Source of the DNA: Entomortierella parvispora E1425
Lineage: Eukaryota; Fungi; Mortierellomycota
Reading direction: 5' to 3'
NCBI GenBank assembly: GCA_020891255.1
Contig: BQFW01000004.1
Span: 434,001 to 498,000, forward strand
DNA: 64,000 nt
Positions within the stretch are counted from its first letter, which is position 1, and every line of letters begins with the position of its first letter. The position numbers and the translations under genes are program-made. Shown here one piece after another: positions 1 to 10,380 of this stretch. Under the pieces are notes generated by a model. That model had not been told where the DNA came from, made no database searches, and saw nothing but the letters and a program-made list of their open reading frames with translations.

Positions 1-558
1 GTCTCTTGAAAGGCCAGAGGTGTGGGAAGCAGGGGCCGTGTGAGGGTTGCGTGGATCCAGGGGTGGTTCAGTGTAGTCAAAAGTGGTGGAGAAACCTGGG
101 TTGACCGTGGTGACGATCGCGTGTGGGTCCAACGGCGGAGACGAGACCTGGGGCAAGGTACCGATGGTGACTGGTGCCGACATTCCACTCGTGAAGTTTC
201 CACTCTTTCCGGTGTCGCTTCTTTGTGGCTCTGCATCGGAGCTGTTTTGCTGCTGGTGATGCGGTGGTTGGTTCTGCAGCGAGGGCGAGGGAGGAGGAAA
301 TTGCTGAATGACCTTGACATTCGATTCTGCATTTGCGACACCTCCATTTTCATTTTCATTTTCATTGCCATTGCCATTGCCAACGCCAGCACCGCTGTCA
401 TTAGCGCTGGTGGTACCACCAGTCTTCGCAGAGGTGGCATCATCAACAACGACATGGACATTGTCGGTCGATTGAGCGACAGAGGCAGCCGTTACAGAAG
501 CTGTCCCGGTCGACCCCTTGTCGCCCTTGTTCTTCTTCTTCAGGAAGAATTTCTTCAT
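1..558 (-). CDS. Hypothetical protein, 5' part only (runs off the window start); low-complexity N-terminus MKKFFLKKKNKGDKGSTG...
   Basis: Minus-strand frame from ATG at 558 is open for 186 codons to base 1 (S/T/G/N/P/Q-rich). The plus-strand ORF 22..564 is its antisense shadow. No domain is visible in the part present. Confidence 0.6.
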   Translation of the reverse strand, partial: MKKFFLKKKNKGDKGSTGTASVTAASVAQSTDNVHVVVDDATSAKTGGTTSANDSGAGVGNGNGNENENENGGVANAESNVKVIQQFPPPSPSLQNQPPHHQQQNSSDAEPQRSDTGKSGNFTSGMSAPVTIGTLPQVSSPPLDPHAIVTTVNPGFSTTFDYTEPPLDPRNPHTAPASHTSGLSRD

Positions 559-990
559 TACTGAGGAGGTCGGCGGTTAGAAAAAAAATAAAAAAGGGAC
601 GCGAGAGTTGTCGCGTCTTGAGGGCTGTTTCAATTGGAGGGAGGCTGTAGGGTTTTCGTTGGTTCTCAGGGAATAGGTCTATTGCTCCGTCTGCCCGAGA
701 ATAGGGGTCAAGAGGTGGTTGATGGGTGTCTGACAGGGGAGGAAGGTGGATGCGGTTGAGATGGAGAGAATGAATGGAGGAGCAGAACGAGAAATGGAGT
801 AGAAAAGAAAAAAAGAGAGAAAGAAGGACAAACGGAGGGTTCTTTTTCATCGCTAGAAAAACACGCAAGGCAGGGCTCCTAAATGGCGGCGTCTTTAAAT
901 TTGCACTGCCTCTTTTGCCTTGCCCGAGACGCTGTTCGTTTTGCGTGTATATTAAGGTGTTTTTTAATAATCTATAGGATAGGTCGACTC

Positions 991-2390
991 TTACACGACC
1001 TTATACAAGACCATTGCTAGGGGTATCATCGCGTCCGCAGCAAAGACTCCATATTCCTCTCCAGCTGTCGATCCGTTTTGCTTGGCCTGATTTGGATTGC
1101 ATACTTCACGTCTAACCACATCCCAACCCTTTGGAGGTCGCTTCATCTTGTCTGAGCTGCTCGGGACATCGTAAACTCGTCCCAGTGCCGCAAAGGTCAA
1201 GATCACGCACTGGACTCTGTTCTCTGGATCGTATACTGGCTCCTTCTTGGATCCCGAGGTCAGTGCTCTCGTTGCCATCAATTGGTCGTGCGCCCTTGAC
1301 GAATTTGGTGAAAGGTAGACAAGTTTATCTCTATCAGGTCACCAAACAGTGGATATTAGCAATTGGCTCCTTGTGTGGTCTGGTCCTTTGGTAACAAAAC
1401 TTACTTTGAAAGAAGGTGTTCATATCCATCGTTAAAGATAAAACAGCTGTCACATTTGTCCTGCATGCAGTTTCGGTACATGCCTTCCAAGCCGAGCTTG
1501 CATCGGAGATCGGTAGCGTGCCAAAGTGGCCTGCACACACGCTTGTCCCAGCTCTGGCTTTCAAGGTACCGGTCAAAACTGGACGCCGTCAACGGGTGGA
1601 TGGGAATGAAATTCAAACACTGAACGCGGGGTCCTCGTTGATCCAGTTCATCTGGGATCCAGGTGGAGTAGAAGTAGTCCAGAATAGATCGCGTCAGAGG
1701 CGACTTTTGAGTCGTATCCAGAGGTAGCGTCATGGGCAAACGCGAGGCCAAGCAGTAAAGATGAATCGAGGGGCAAGTAGGCGCCAGTCTGGAAAGCTCT
1801 TGCCGTTGATGGGCCAGGATTTCTGGAGGAGGTCGTTGATTATAGGGCGACACAGTATGACACAGGAAACACTCGCATACTGATTCCGGAGGCAAGGACG
1901 AAGGCATGTCGACTTTGGGCTTGATTCTGCTTGGGCGGACAGGGGTCGCAAGGGCGAGTGGAGAGGTAGCCAGAGGTGAAGACCCTGCAGTCATCTTGCG
2001 ATGTGAAGTGCGCTGTGGAGGAGCAAGGGGCGAAGGTGGCAGAACGCTGTTGGCTGAGACAGGTCTTGAGGTGTTGGATTGTAGCGACATTGAAGATACG
2101 GAGCCAAGAGAGGACGAAGAGGGGTTCTGACTCTGTCTTGATGGCTGAGGCGGTTGTGGAGAGTATGACTGCATGGGTCTCTGTGGCAGCTGTTGGAGCT
2201 GTTGCTGTTGCAGCTGGTCCTGTCCAGAGGAGGGACGGGGAGGCATCGGAAGGTAGGGCGATGTGGAGCGCGGGGACTGAGGCTGGGGCGAGATTAGGGA
2301 TATGTTTTGAGGAGGTGGGATCCAGGCACCAGTTGAGGTCGCTGTAGGCCGAGTGGCCAGCGGATAGGGAGGTTCCTGTGCAGTCTGCAT
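991..2390 (-). CDS. PARP-like (ARTD-fold) ADP-ribosyltransferase domain protein with Pro/Ser/Gln-rich N-terminus; exons 2390-1405, 1330-991 (441 aa)
   Basis: Intron 1404-1331 (GTAAGT...GCTAAT...TAG) joins ORFs 1401..2390 and 991..1281 in frame. Motifs LWHAT, C-x10-C-x4-C-x2-C (RCKLG...NCMQDKCDSCFIF), VYLSPNSSRA, VILTFAALGRVY and GEEYGVFAADAMIPLAMVLY match the H-Y-E layout of fungal PARP-like catalytic domains. Confidence 0.75.
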
Positions 2391-2990
2391 TTTCTATGTT
2401 CTGTGGTGGGAAAAACTGAATGGTTGCAGGTCAAAGGGAAGGAAGGGAGAATTACTGTCAGTTGCTCATCCCGTTGAACATTGTATGGAGGCGTCATGAC
2501 GGGGCAATAGGGAGTCTAAGTACGCGTACACCGGGGAACAAGAGAGACACGATGGAGTTGCAAAATGGACGGGGACCCCGGAATGTCTTGTTTGAGGTGG
2601 GCAAATGTCAAGGGCGAAGAGGGCGTTGAGAAGGAGGAGGTGCGGGCCAGGGGATTGTGACCCAAAGAAACGCGCACAATGTTCTTCCAATGCACGCTGG
2701 AGATCTTCAACAGGATAGGAGAGGGGAAGCGGAGGTTTGGACAAAGGGGAATGAGGCATGTGGCAGCAAAGGAATGGACAGGACAGGACAGGAGAGGTCA
2801 AGCCAACGTGCAGGCAGACACAGACCCTTTGGAGAAGGAGGAAGGGCGACAAGCAAGCGAAGAAAGGCTCTCATTCCACTCCATTTGTTGGCTCGAGAGA
2901 GTCAGGAGCATGGGGCAGGATGGGATAAGTGAAGAGAAACAGAGACAGAGAGAGAAAGGGCAGCTTACAGGTCGAGGTTGGGCGTGCAGA

Positions 2991-3046
2991 GAGATGAAGG
3001 GATGAAGGGATGAAGGGATGAAGGGATGAAGAGATGAAGAGATGAG
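2991..3046 (+). repeat. 8-bp tandem repeat (GRGATGAA) x7
   Basis: Read directly: gagatgaa, gggatgaa x4, gagatgaa, gagatgag. Lies between the divergent PARP-like and Kelch genes. Confidence 0.9.
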
Positions 3047-3740
3047 AAAGGGAGACTGAAGAGGATTGCTGACAGAGAGGAGACAGGGATGAAGAAAGTG
3101 AAAGAAGGGAAAGGGAGCAGGAGGGTGAGGGTGAGAGGGTGGCAGAGGGGTGAAAGTGAAAGCGAGAGAGAGAGAGAAAAAAGAGTGAGAGCACACACAC
3201 AACACACACCCAGAACAGGCGCAAATTGATATTTTGTTCATTTCGCCATCACTCGCGCGCGCTGATTGATGGCCGCAAGGAACAACAAAACAGCACACAA
3301 CAGAAAAAAAAGGTGGTCTGTCTGGCGCTCTTTTTCTCTGCCTTCGTTTCCCTTCACTTCCTTCGTTCCCCTTCACTTCCATCGGCATCTCTCTTCATCT
3401 GCATTCTTGCTCCCCTTCCTCTCATCCCCCCCCCCCCCTCCCCCTCCCCCCCGGAAAGACACCCTGCATTCACTCCCACACCCTACATCAATCACTCTGT
3501 CCTTCCTTCTGTCACTCTTTCCTCCTTCCCGTGCTGCCTCCTTGTCTTTCCTGACCCTCCGTTCTATTTTGGGTTCCAACCCGCCCTCTCTCTTCTTTCT
3601 CAGGAACAGCACCCTTTTTTCGCTTCTTTCTCGTCCCTTTTTTCTTCTTCCTTGCAATCCCTGTCAGTGCAGAATACCAGTCCGTTCGACAAACATCCTG
3701 CAGACTCACCCACCGTTCAACACCATCACCTTCATATCTA

Positions 3741-3783
3741 ATGTCTACCATTCAACCGCGATGGTACCATGCTGCCGTGAGTG

Positions 3784-3818
<35 letters not shown>

Positions 3819-5949
3819 GTCAATTGAAAGAGCACAGCATCAACATGCAACCACTGGGCTTTGTCTAAACATTGTCCTCCTTCTCCCTCCTTCTAGACCC
3901 TTGTTAATACAACGCTCTATATCACTGGAGGAACGACGCAAACCGCAGGCAAGACAACAATTCTCGACGAAACGCTGGCATTGGACCTCAGCACGGCCTG
4001 GTCAATAGACAGCCCCGCGTTCTCACAGCTCGCCAAGCTCCCGTTCCCTGTCAGCGGTCATTCTTTGAGCAAGGTCCAAGCCACGACCCAGATACTTCTC
4101 GCCGGAGGAGAATCCTCCACCGTCCTTTCTTCTTCACCGATCCTTGTCTTTGACACAGCTGCCGCCACCGGCGCCTGGTCAGCACCGACTCTTTCCAAGA
4201 ATGCAACAGCTGGTTTCCACCGACTCTACCACGCTTCGCTAACTACCGGCAAAGATGGCACATTCCTGCAAGGAGGCTATCAAACTCTCCCCGCCAATCA
4301 CACCGTCGTGTCTTCCCTGGTCACCCTCAAAAACACAAACAACTTTGCACCACTGGCAACAGCACCCGTCCCATTAGCAAATAGCGCGCCTGCACTGGCA
4401 CGACACACAATGACCTTAACTGTAGATGGCCGAGCCATTATCCTTGGAGGGGTCAACTCACAAGGCGTGGCTGCTAACCTGTCCATGGCCTATGTCATGA
4501 ACACTCAGGGTAACATTGCAGAGTGGGACGCGGTTCCGTTGAACGGAACGGCGCCAGATCCGCGAATGGCCTTTTCGGCCGTGATGGTCAATGCCACCAC
4601 CCTTTTGGTGTACGGAGGCACGGCAGACCTGAATACAGCCTTTTCCTCTGCGTACTATCTTGATCTTCCCTCCTGGACCTGGTCCTCACCCGCAGCTCAA
4701 GGCGAGGCCCCTTCACTCTTTGGACACACCGCAATCATGGCTGGCACATCGATGGTGGTTTCATTTGGTAAGCAAACAGACTCTCTTCCTAGTTCATTTT
4801 TGAGAGTCCCCTTTCTTTTTGTTCTATTCTCTCTCTCTCTCTCTCTCAGCCCTTGCGTACCTTTTAGCGGATCCAGAAAGTTGTATGACGTGCAACATAC
4901 TGTCGAGAAACAGGATCGTGGAGGAGAATGTTGGAGTGATCGAGTGTTTGGTGCTAAACAAAGAAGTAGTGTGGAGGGAGATATAAATGAGAGAGCCCTC
5001 ACCTCACCCTTCCTTTTGCTCGTCCTCCTCGGTGGCCGCTCTTGTTATTGAACAGTGGCTCGCAAGGTTCATTTGGAACAGATGATTGCCAGGTGGAGAA
5101 GCCAAAGGCGGATGGAAACAGGAAAAGAGGGGCGGGGTGCGTCGAGACTCGAATATCTGATTATTTTTTTTTAACTCTTTGTACCTCCTATGTCCAACAG
5201 GCTTGTCATCACAGGGAGTACCACCGCAGAACAACATTGCACTCTTGGACACAGGATCGAATACATGGATGACGCAGTATCGACCTGCGGGTATGGTCGA
5301 TCCCCAGGCGCCGACCACAGGCAATGGTGGCCATCTGAGTGTCGGGGCGGTTCTCGGGATTGGGTTCGTGGTGACGCTGGCGATTGTAGGCGGAGCATTC
5401 TTTCTGCTGGTCCGACGAAAGAAGAGGCGGACAAGGAATACCTTGGCACGGGAGTATCAAGCGGACCAAACTCCTCGATCAGCAATTCGGAGGCAGGCCT
5501 CCAATGGCAGTCAGGGCGTTTTCGGAAGCATGGCAACCTTGTTGGGCTTTGGATCTTCCAAGGGCGGAAAAGGAGGACGCGGTGGCGACAAATATGGCGA
5601 TGGAGGGGCGAACTCACGGTATTCGGATATGTCGCTGCATTCACATCCGACAATGATAACTTCCCGGATGGCGCAAATGGGCTATTCACCCGTCAGTCTT
5701 GGCTACCCTGAGACTGTTGTACAGCATGGGTGTGGCCAAGTACCGGTGGCGAGCTACATCTACCCTAATCAGGCCTGTGTCGAGACAGAGAAGGAGGTTC
5801 AGGATGGGTCCGAGACCATGGTCGTGTACCATATGTTGACACAGGCACAACAGGAAGCCCTCAAGCTAGACCAACAACAGAGCTTGCATTCATCCCTACC
5901 AACGACCACCGCCACCAACAAGAGCAAGCTGTTTGAACTGGATCATTGA
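3741..5949 (+). CDS. Kelch/galactose-oxidase-type beta-propeller protein with one C-terminal transmembrane helix and cytoplasmic tail; exons 3741-3776, 3897-4767, 5201-5949 (~551 aa)
   Basis: Splicing gives PRWYHAA|TLVNTTLYITGG. Further Kelch blades: RLYHASL...FLQGG, ARHTMTL...IILGG, PRMAFSAV...LVYGG, LFGHTAI. TM segment AVLGIGFVVTLAIVGGAFFLLV is followed by RRKKRR. Canonical introns 3777-3896 and 4768-5200 keep the frame. The true start is uncertain. Confidence 0.8.
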
Positions 5950-6254
5950 GGCACTTTATTCTGTTTTTTTCACCTTTTTTTTTTTTTTTTTTTTTGTCAC
6001 CTTATTCGTATTTAATAATTATTGACCTAGACTAATAAAAGGGGAGGAGGAATAAATAGAAAAGATGGAAGAGTTGGGAAAGCCTAGATGAAGATGCTGA
6101 GAGGATGAGAGGAGAAGAATAGACATGAGATATAAATTATTTTCATAGGAATAGGGTATGATGAAAAGGAGCAAAAACAGAGAGGAGGGAGAGAGGAGCG
6201 CACAAAATAAAAAATAAAAATAAAACAAAGGAAAAAGTAAAGAAAGCCTGCAGT

Positions 6255-8250
6255 TCACTGGTGCTTGTTCCTCTGGTGGCGGTCAAGAGAGCTCTGATCC
6301 GCATAGACCTTTGCACAGCCCCCTTCCAAGCACTTGTAGGGTCGCGGGTCATGTCGATCGTGCTTCTTGTAATGTGACACGCAATTGTTGCGACGAGCAA
6401 TGACCTTGTTGCATGGCGTACCATCCTCAAATACAAAAGTGCAGCGAAAGCCGCCCGGAACATCCTCGGTCATGTGGCTGGTAGCGACATCGTAGGTTCT
6501 GGGACGATGGGCTGCGGGCTGCGGATCAAAGGCATTGATCAAGGGCTTTAGAAATGCGACCGCAGCGCCTCCTTTTCTCTTCGTGTTCTTGGTCGCGTTA
6601 TTGGTCGTGTTCGCGTCCTTTGTCCGGTCCTTGTTAGACTCGTCCGCTCCCTTCCGTTTTTTGGAAGGAGGCCCAGGGGTGGGTTTGGGCAACGAGGGAG
6701 GCATTGCAGCATCAGGGGCAGGACTAGTGGAGGCAGAGGAGGATCCTGACGACGATAAAGTCGAATAGTAAAACGAGGACGGCGCTGCCATCGTCGACCA
6801 TCGCCATAACTGCTCCAATGACGATGGGGAAAGAAGGGCCGCCGCCTTGGACGAAAACGATTGAAGTTTTGAGAGAGGGGACTTGGGTGCAGTGGGGATG
6901 GATGATGACGACATTGACGACGACATCGACGACAATGACGGCTTCGGCGACAGAGTCGGCATCGACGACACTGACGAAGGCAGCGGAGTGCGGTAGGAGG
7001 ACTCCAATGGTAGCGTGGGCGCCGCCAGTCCAGGGGTCAATGGCTGAAGGGTTGACATTGGCAACAATAAGGGTTGTCGCGACTCCCAAACTGGCAAAGA
7101 GGAAGACCCCGAGGAAAGGTCATGGAGGTAGTTATTGTTCGCGGCATGGGCAGCCCCTGTGAACGGCTGGGAGGGATGAGAGGCAGAGGTTCTCGCGGGA
7201 ATTCCCTCTTTGCGGTCTGCGACACCACTACCACCACCGCTCGTCTCGTCACCATACACAACGGGCAAATCTGAAGGACGATTCATTTGGAACGTATAGC
7301 CCAAAAAAACGTGTGGCGTGGTGAAGTGCAGGATTCTGTCGGGCCAACCTCCGTTCTTTACGGTCATAGTTAGGGGCCCAGTGACCTTCGCTGCAAGGTT
7401 GACTGTTGCCGACGGCGCAACCAGCGCAGAGAGATCCAGTACCAGTCGGGACTGTGAGGCAAAGCTCTGGATCCAAGGCGTAAATCCGTTCATGTTCAAC
7501 GTGCAGGGGAACTGAAAGTATCCACGCGTGAAAAGTGCAAGGGAAATGCAAAGACCTCCATGGCCCCTGTTATACACATACAGGGCTTGGGATATCTTCG
7601 AGTCCGGCACCAGAGTTGTGGCTTCAAGAACGCATGGGCCATAGTTCAGTGTGTTGGAGAGGACCAGACTTGGGGTGCACAACACTTGGCCCTGGTCGAC
7701 ATTTTGCTAAGTGGGTTGACATTGGAATCAGGCTCATGCGTGAGATTGTTTGCGACCAACAAAACCAAACAAATCGAACCAACCGCACTGTACTACTTTT
7801 CCAAGAAAAAAATAAGCCCTACGCCCGCGAGGGAGGATGGAAATGGGGACGATCCCAGTGTAAGAGACTGGCATCCTTCCTTCTTTCAACAAAGGTCCTT
7901 CCCCCCCCCCCCCCACGAGCGGATGAACCCTGGTCAAGACTTACAGTGCTTTCGACCTGGAGCGGACGTGCGGCGGTTGGATCGAAGGGGAGCTCGGAGA
8001 AGTCACCAAAACCGTGTTGTTGTTGTTGTTGTTGTTGTTGTCCAACTTTGCCAAGAGAGGAAAAATCAGACAGCCCCTGCAGAGAGCTTGCACCAATAGG
8101 CTGATCAAGACCTTGCGTCTCCTCACCGCCAGCATCGGTGGCAAACCCTTCAGGAGCGTCAGTGGGTGGCACCAAAAAGTTTGCAGGTTCATGCTCGTCC
8201 TCGCACGGTGTGTGCCCGAGTTTTGAAAACTGGCTCCTCTGGCTACTCAT
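6255..8250 (-). CDS. C2H2 zinc-finger protein (ZF-1), two C-terminal fingers; probable exons 8250-7945 and 7511-6255
   Basis: C-terminus FRCTFVFEDGTPCNKVIARRNNCVSHYKKH and YKCLEGGCAKVYADQSSLDRHQRNKH. Phase-0 donor GTAAGT at 7944 and phase-0 acceptor CAG at 7514-7512 would join the polyQ ORF 7819..8250. The fingers are secure; the exon joining is less so. Confidence 0.75.
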
Positions 8251-8678
8251 GTGTTGGTCGGGGACAGGGAAAAGCGAGGGTGACTACAAGTTGACAGGTC
8301 TGGAGGTGGGGTAAGGTGGTTGTGTGTCGGTGAGAAGGGAGGGGAAAGAGGGCGGTGTTGACAGTTGAAGGTGTTATCGCCGAGGCTACAGGAGGGTGCA
8401 GGGAAGTGGGGATGGAAAGAAAAGAGGGAAATCGGGAAAGAAAAGAAAAAAAAGGGTCTTATACTCATGCGCGCCCACGCCTGGTCAAATTCATCTGCGT
8501 TTTTGCGGTTGAGTCTTTTGCTCTTATGTGCCACATTGGCTCAGGTCAAGGGACCCTGCGCCCCGAGGATATGCGCTTTTGGACTTTGGATTGGACAGTT
8601 TGGGGGTATGGTTTTATTTCAATTGGGTTTGTCAGGTATATTTGAATCAGAGGGGAGAGGAAGGCTCCAGATGTGGGG

Positions 8679-9635
8679 TCAGAGAGATGGCGGTGTGTGG
8701 GTGCAGACACGGGAGCGGGGGCCTGCGTTGCTGGCGGGTGTGCCTGTGACCACGAAGCTTTTGCACAGATGGCGCTTCTCACAATTTGAGAAATGGTGGC
8801 GGTTGCGATCTTCATGTCTCTGGAAACGTTGATCGCACCCGGTGTGGTTACACGCGATCGACAACACGTTGGAATGCAGGCGCCAATGTCTTTCTAGGTT
8901 TCCCTTGGATTCAAGGTGGGCGCCACATGGTTGGAGCGTGGGAGAGCCATCCTCCACCGCGTCCTCGCCCGAGACCTGAACCAGGCATCGGAAGTATTTG
9001 AAAACGCCACTGTGGTTCTGTTTGATGTGCTTAGTCAGATTCCACTGTCTGGTATAGCGTAGTCCACATTCAGAGCATTCAAAGGGTCGCTCTTTGCTGA
9101 AAGGTTTCTGGGCTTTTGCACTCCTGGCGTTCGCGTCTGAAGCAACCGGGTATCCAGAGCGGTTCAGTTTCACAGCCGATTCGACTATTGTCCAGCAGTG
9201 ATCAGGCATGGCTAATCCCTCCCCCTCTGCCCCCTCAGTTTCCTCTTCCTCGTCTTCCTCCTCATGTTCGTCCCTTCGCCTTCCTTGATGGTCACTCGGA
9301 TACTCGCTCTTCACAGCGCCACAAAATAGCAATTGAGCGACAGGGTCCATAATTTGAGGCTCCGCAGAAAATTCACGCGTCAATGGCTCTGGGAACATGA
9401 CCAAGTCGCTGGTCTGTGCCATGAGAGGTTCCAGGTTCTCCTCAAATGGGCTCTCGTAGACTCGTAGTTGAATCGTTGACCAAAAGACACGATCATCCAG
9501 GAACAGACTTTCCTCTTCTTCAGAACAGGGGTATGAAAATTCGCAACCATCATCTTGCTCCTTTAGATCGACAGGGTTATTATCCCTCCCATTCTTGACG
9601 ACACTGTGGCCGGTCTGGAGATAATTGTAGGCCAT
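8679..9635 (-). CDS. C2H2 zinc-finger protein (ZF-2), single exon, 318 aa, acidic N-terminus and three fingers
   Basis: FECSECGLRYTRQWNLTKHIKQNH; FRCLVQVSG...QPCGAHLESKGNLERHWRLH; IACNHTGCDQRFQRHEDRNRHHFSNC. A TATA-like TATATAA lies ~95 nt upstream on the minus strand. Confidence 0.85.
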   Translation of the reverse strand: MAYNYLQTGHSVVKNGRDNNPVDLKEQDDGCEFSYPCSEEEESLFLDDRVFWSTIQLRVYESPFEENLEPLMAQTSDLVMFPEPLTREFSAEPQIMDPVAQLLFCGAVKSEYPSDHQGRRRDEHEEEDEEEETEGAEGEGLAMPDHCWTIVESAVKLNRSGYPVASDANARSAKAQKPFSKERPFECSECGLRYTRQWNLTKHIKQNHSGVFKYFRCLVQVSGEDAVEDGSPTLQPCGAHLESKGNLERHWRLHSNVLSIACNHTGCDQRFQRHEDRNRHHFSNCEKRHLCKSFVVTGTPASNAGPRSRVCTHTPPSL

Positions 9636-10380
9636 GCGTAGCAGAGAAATGTGAAAAGAGAAAGGTGTTGAAACGGGGAAGGGTCAAGGGGACCTTCCCC
9701 AATGTTGTTGGTTCGGGGACATGCGTCGAGTTATATACCGGGACCCATGAAAAATGACATTGGAACAGGTGTTGAGCTTTGCGCATTCTTCAGTGCAGTC
9801 ATTTGCGTGTGCTTGTTTTATTTTTAAAGCGGTATGCGAGCATGGGCACCTTTTTCATACAGGTAACCCCATGACCTCTTGGCGTGGGTGCGTGGGGGGT
9901 GATCTATTGTTGCTTTGTTGACGTTTCTGTCGACTGGGAACGAGGGGAAAGAGATTGCAGTGTTGGGTCATTTCATGCAAGTTCCCAGTCTTCTCGGCCG
10001 AATCATTACTTCGCCTCCAATTGAGTCGGAATTACGAGGCCGGGGTGCTTCGCCAGCTCGCTCTTACCCCTGAAACGACTTTCCAAAACCTCTACCCGTC
10101 AAGTCAAAGGGCTCGAAGCTGGTGAGCATGGCCTGTCACCATCTGGAATGCGAATGATGGCGCTTTTAAATAATGTTAGATTTATTTTGTTACTATATAT
10201 GACTCTAATAAGAGAGCATGCTTTGGCGCAGTCAGAGCCGACAGGTGCACAAACGTTTGAAGTTCAGAGTCGAAATACAAACCACGATCCCAAAAAACAA
10301 AAGAGAGCGAAAAACAAACAAACAAAAAGAGCGAGAGATGAAAGAGGAATGACATTGGCCTGTGTTCGTTAATATCACCT

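Noticed and set aside
22-564. 180-aa plus-strand ORF
   Set aside because: Antisense shadow of the minus-strand frame starting at ATG 558, which has more natural composition.
1823-1880. Apparent GTATGC...CAG intron in the PARP-like gene
   Set aside because: 58 nt; splicing shifts into a frame that stops at 1730, whereas the unspliced frame encodes a Cys cluster and continues into the catalytic domain.
2798-3388. Overlapping 100-200 aa ORFs rich in S/L/F/P (also 22721-23440, 26515-28298, 56653-57343, 61052-61831)
   Set aside because: By-products of purine/pyrimidine microsatellite tracts that lack stop codons; no protein-like motifs.
4768-7944. Two nearby predicted introns of identical length (433 nt: 4768-5200 and 7512-7944)
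   Set aside because: No sequence similarity seen between them, and the second acceptor is uncertain; treated as coincidence.
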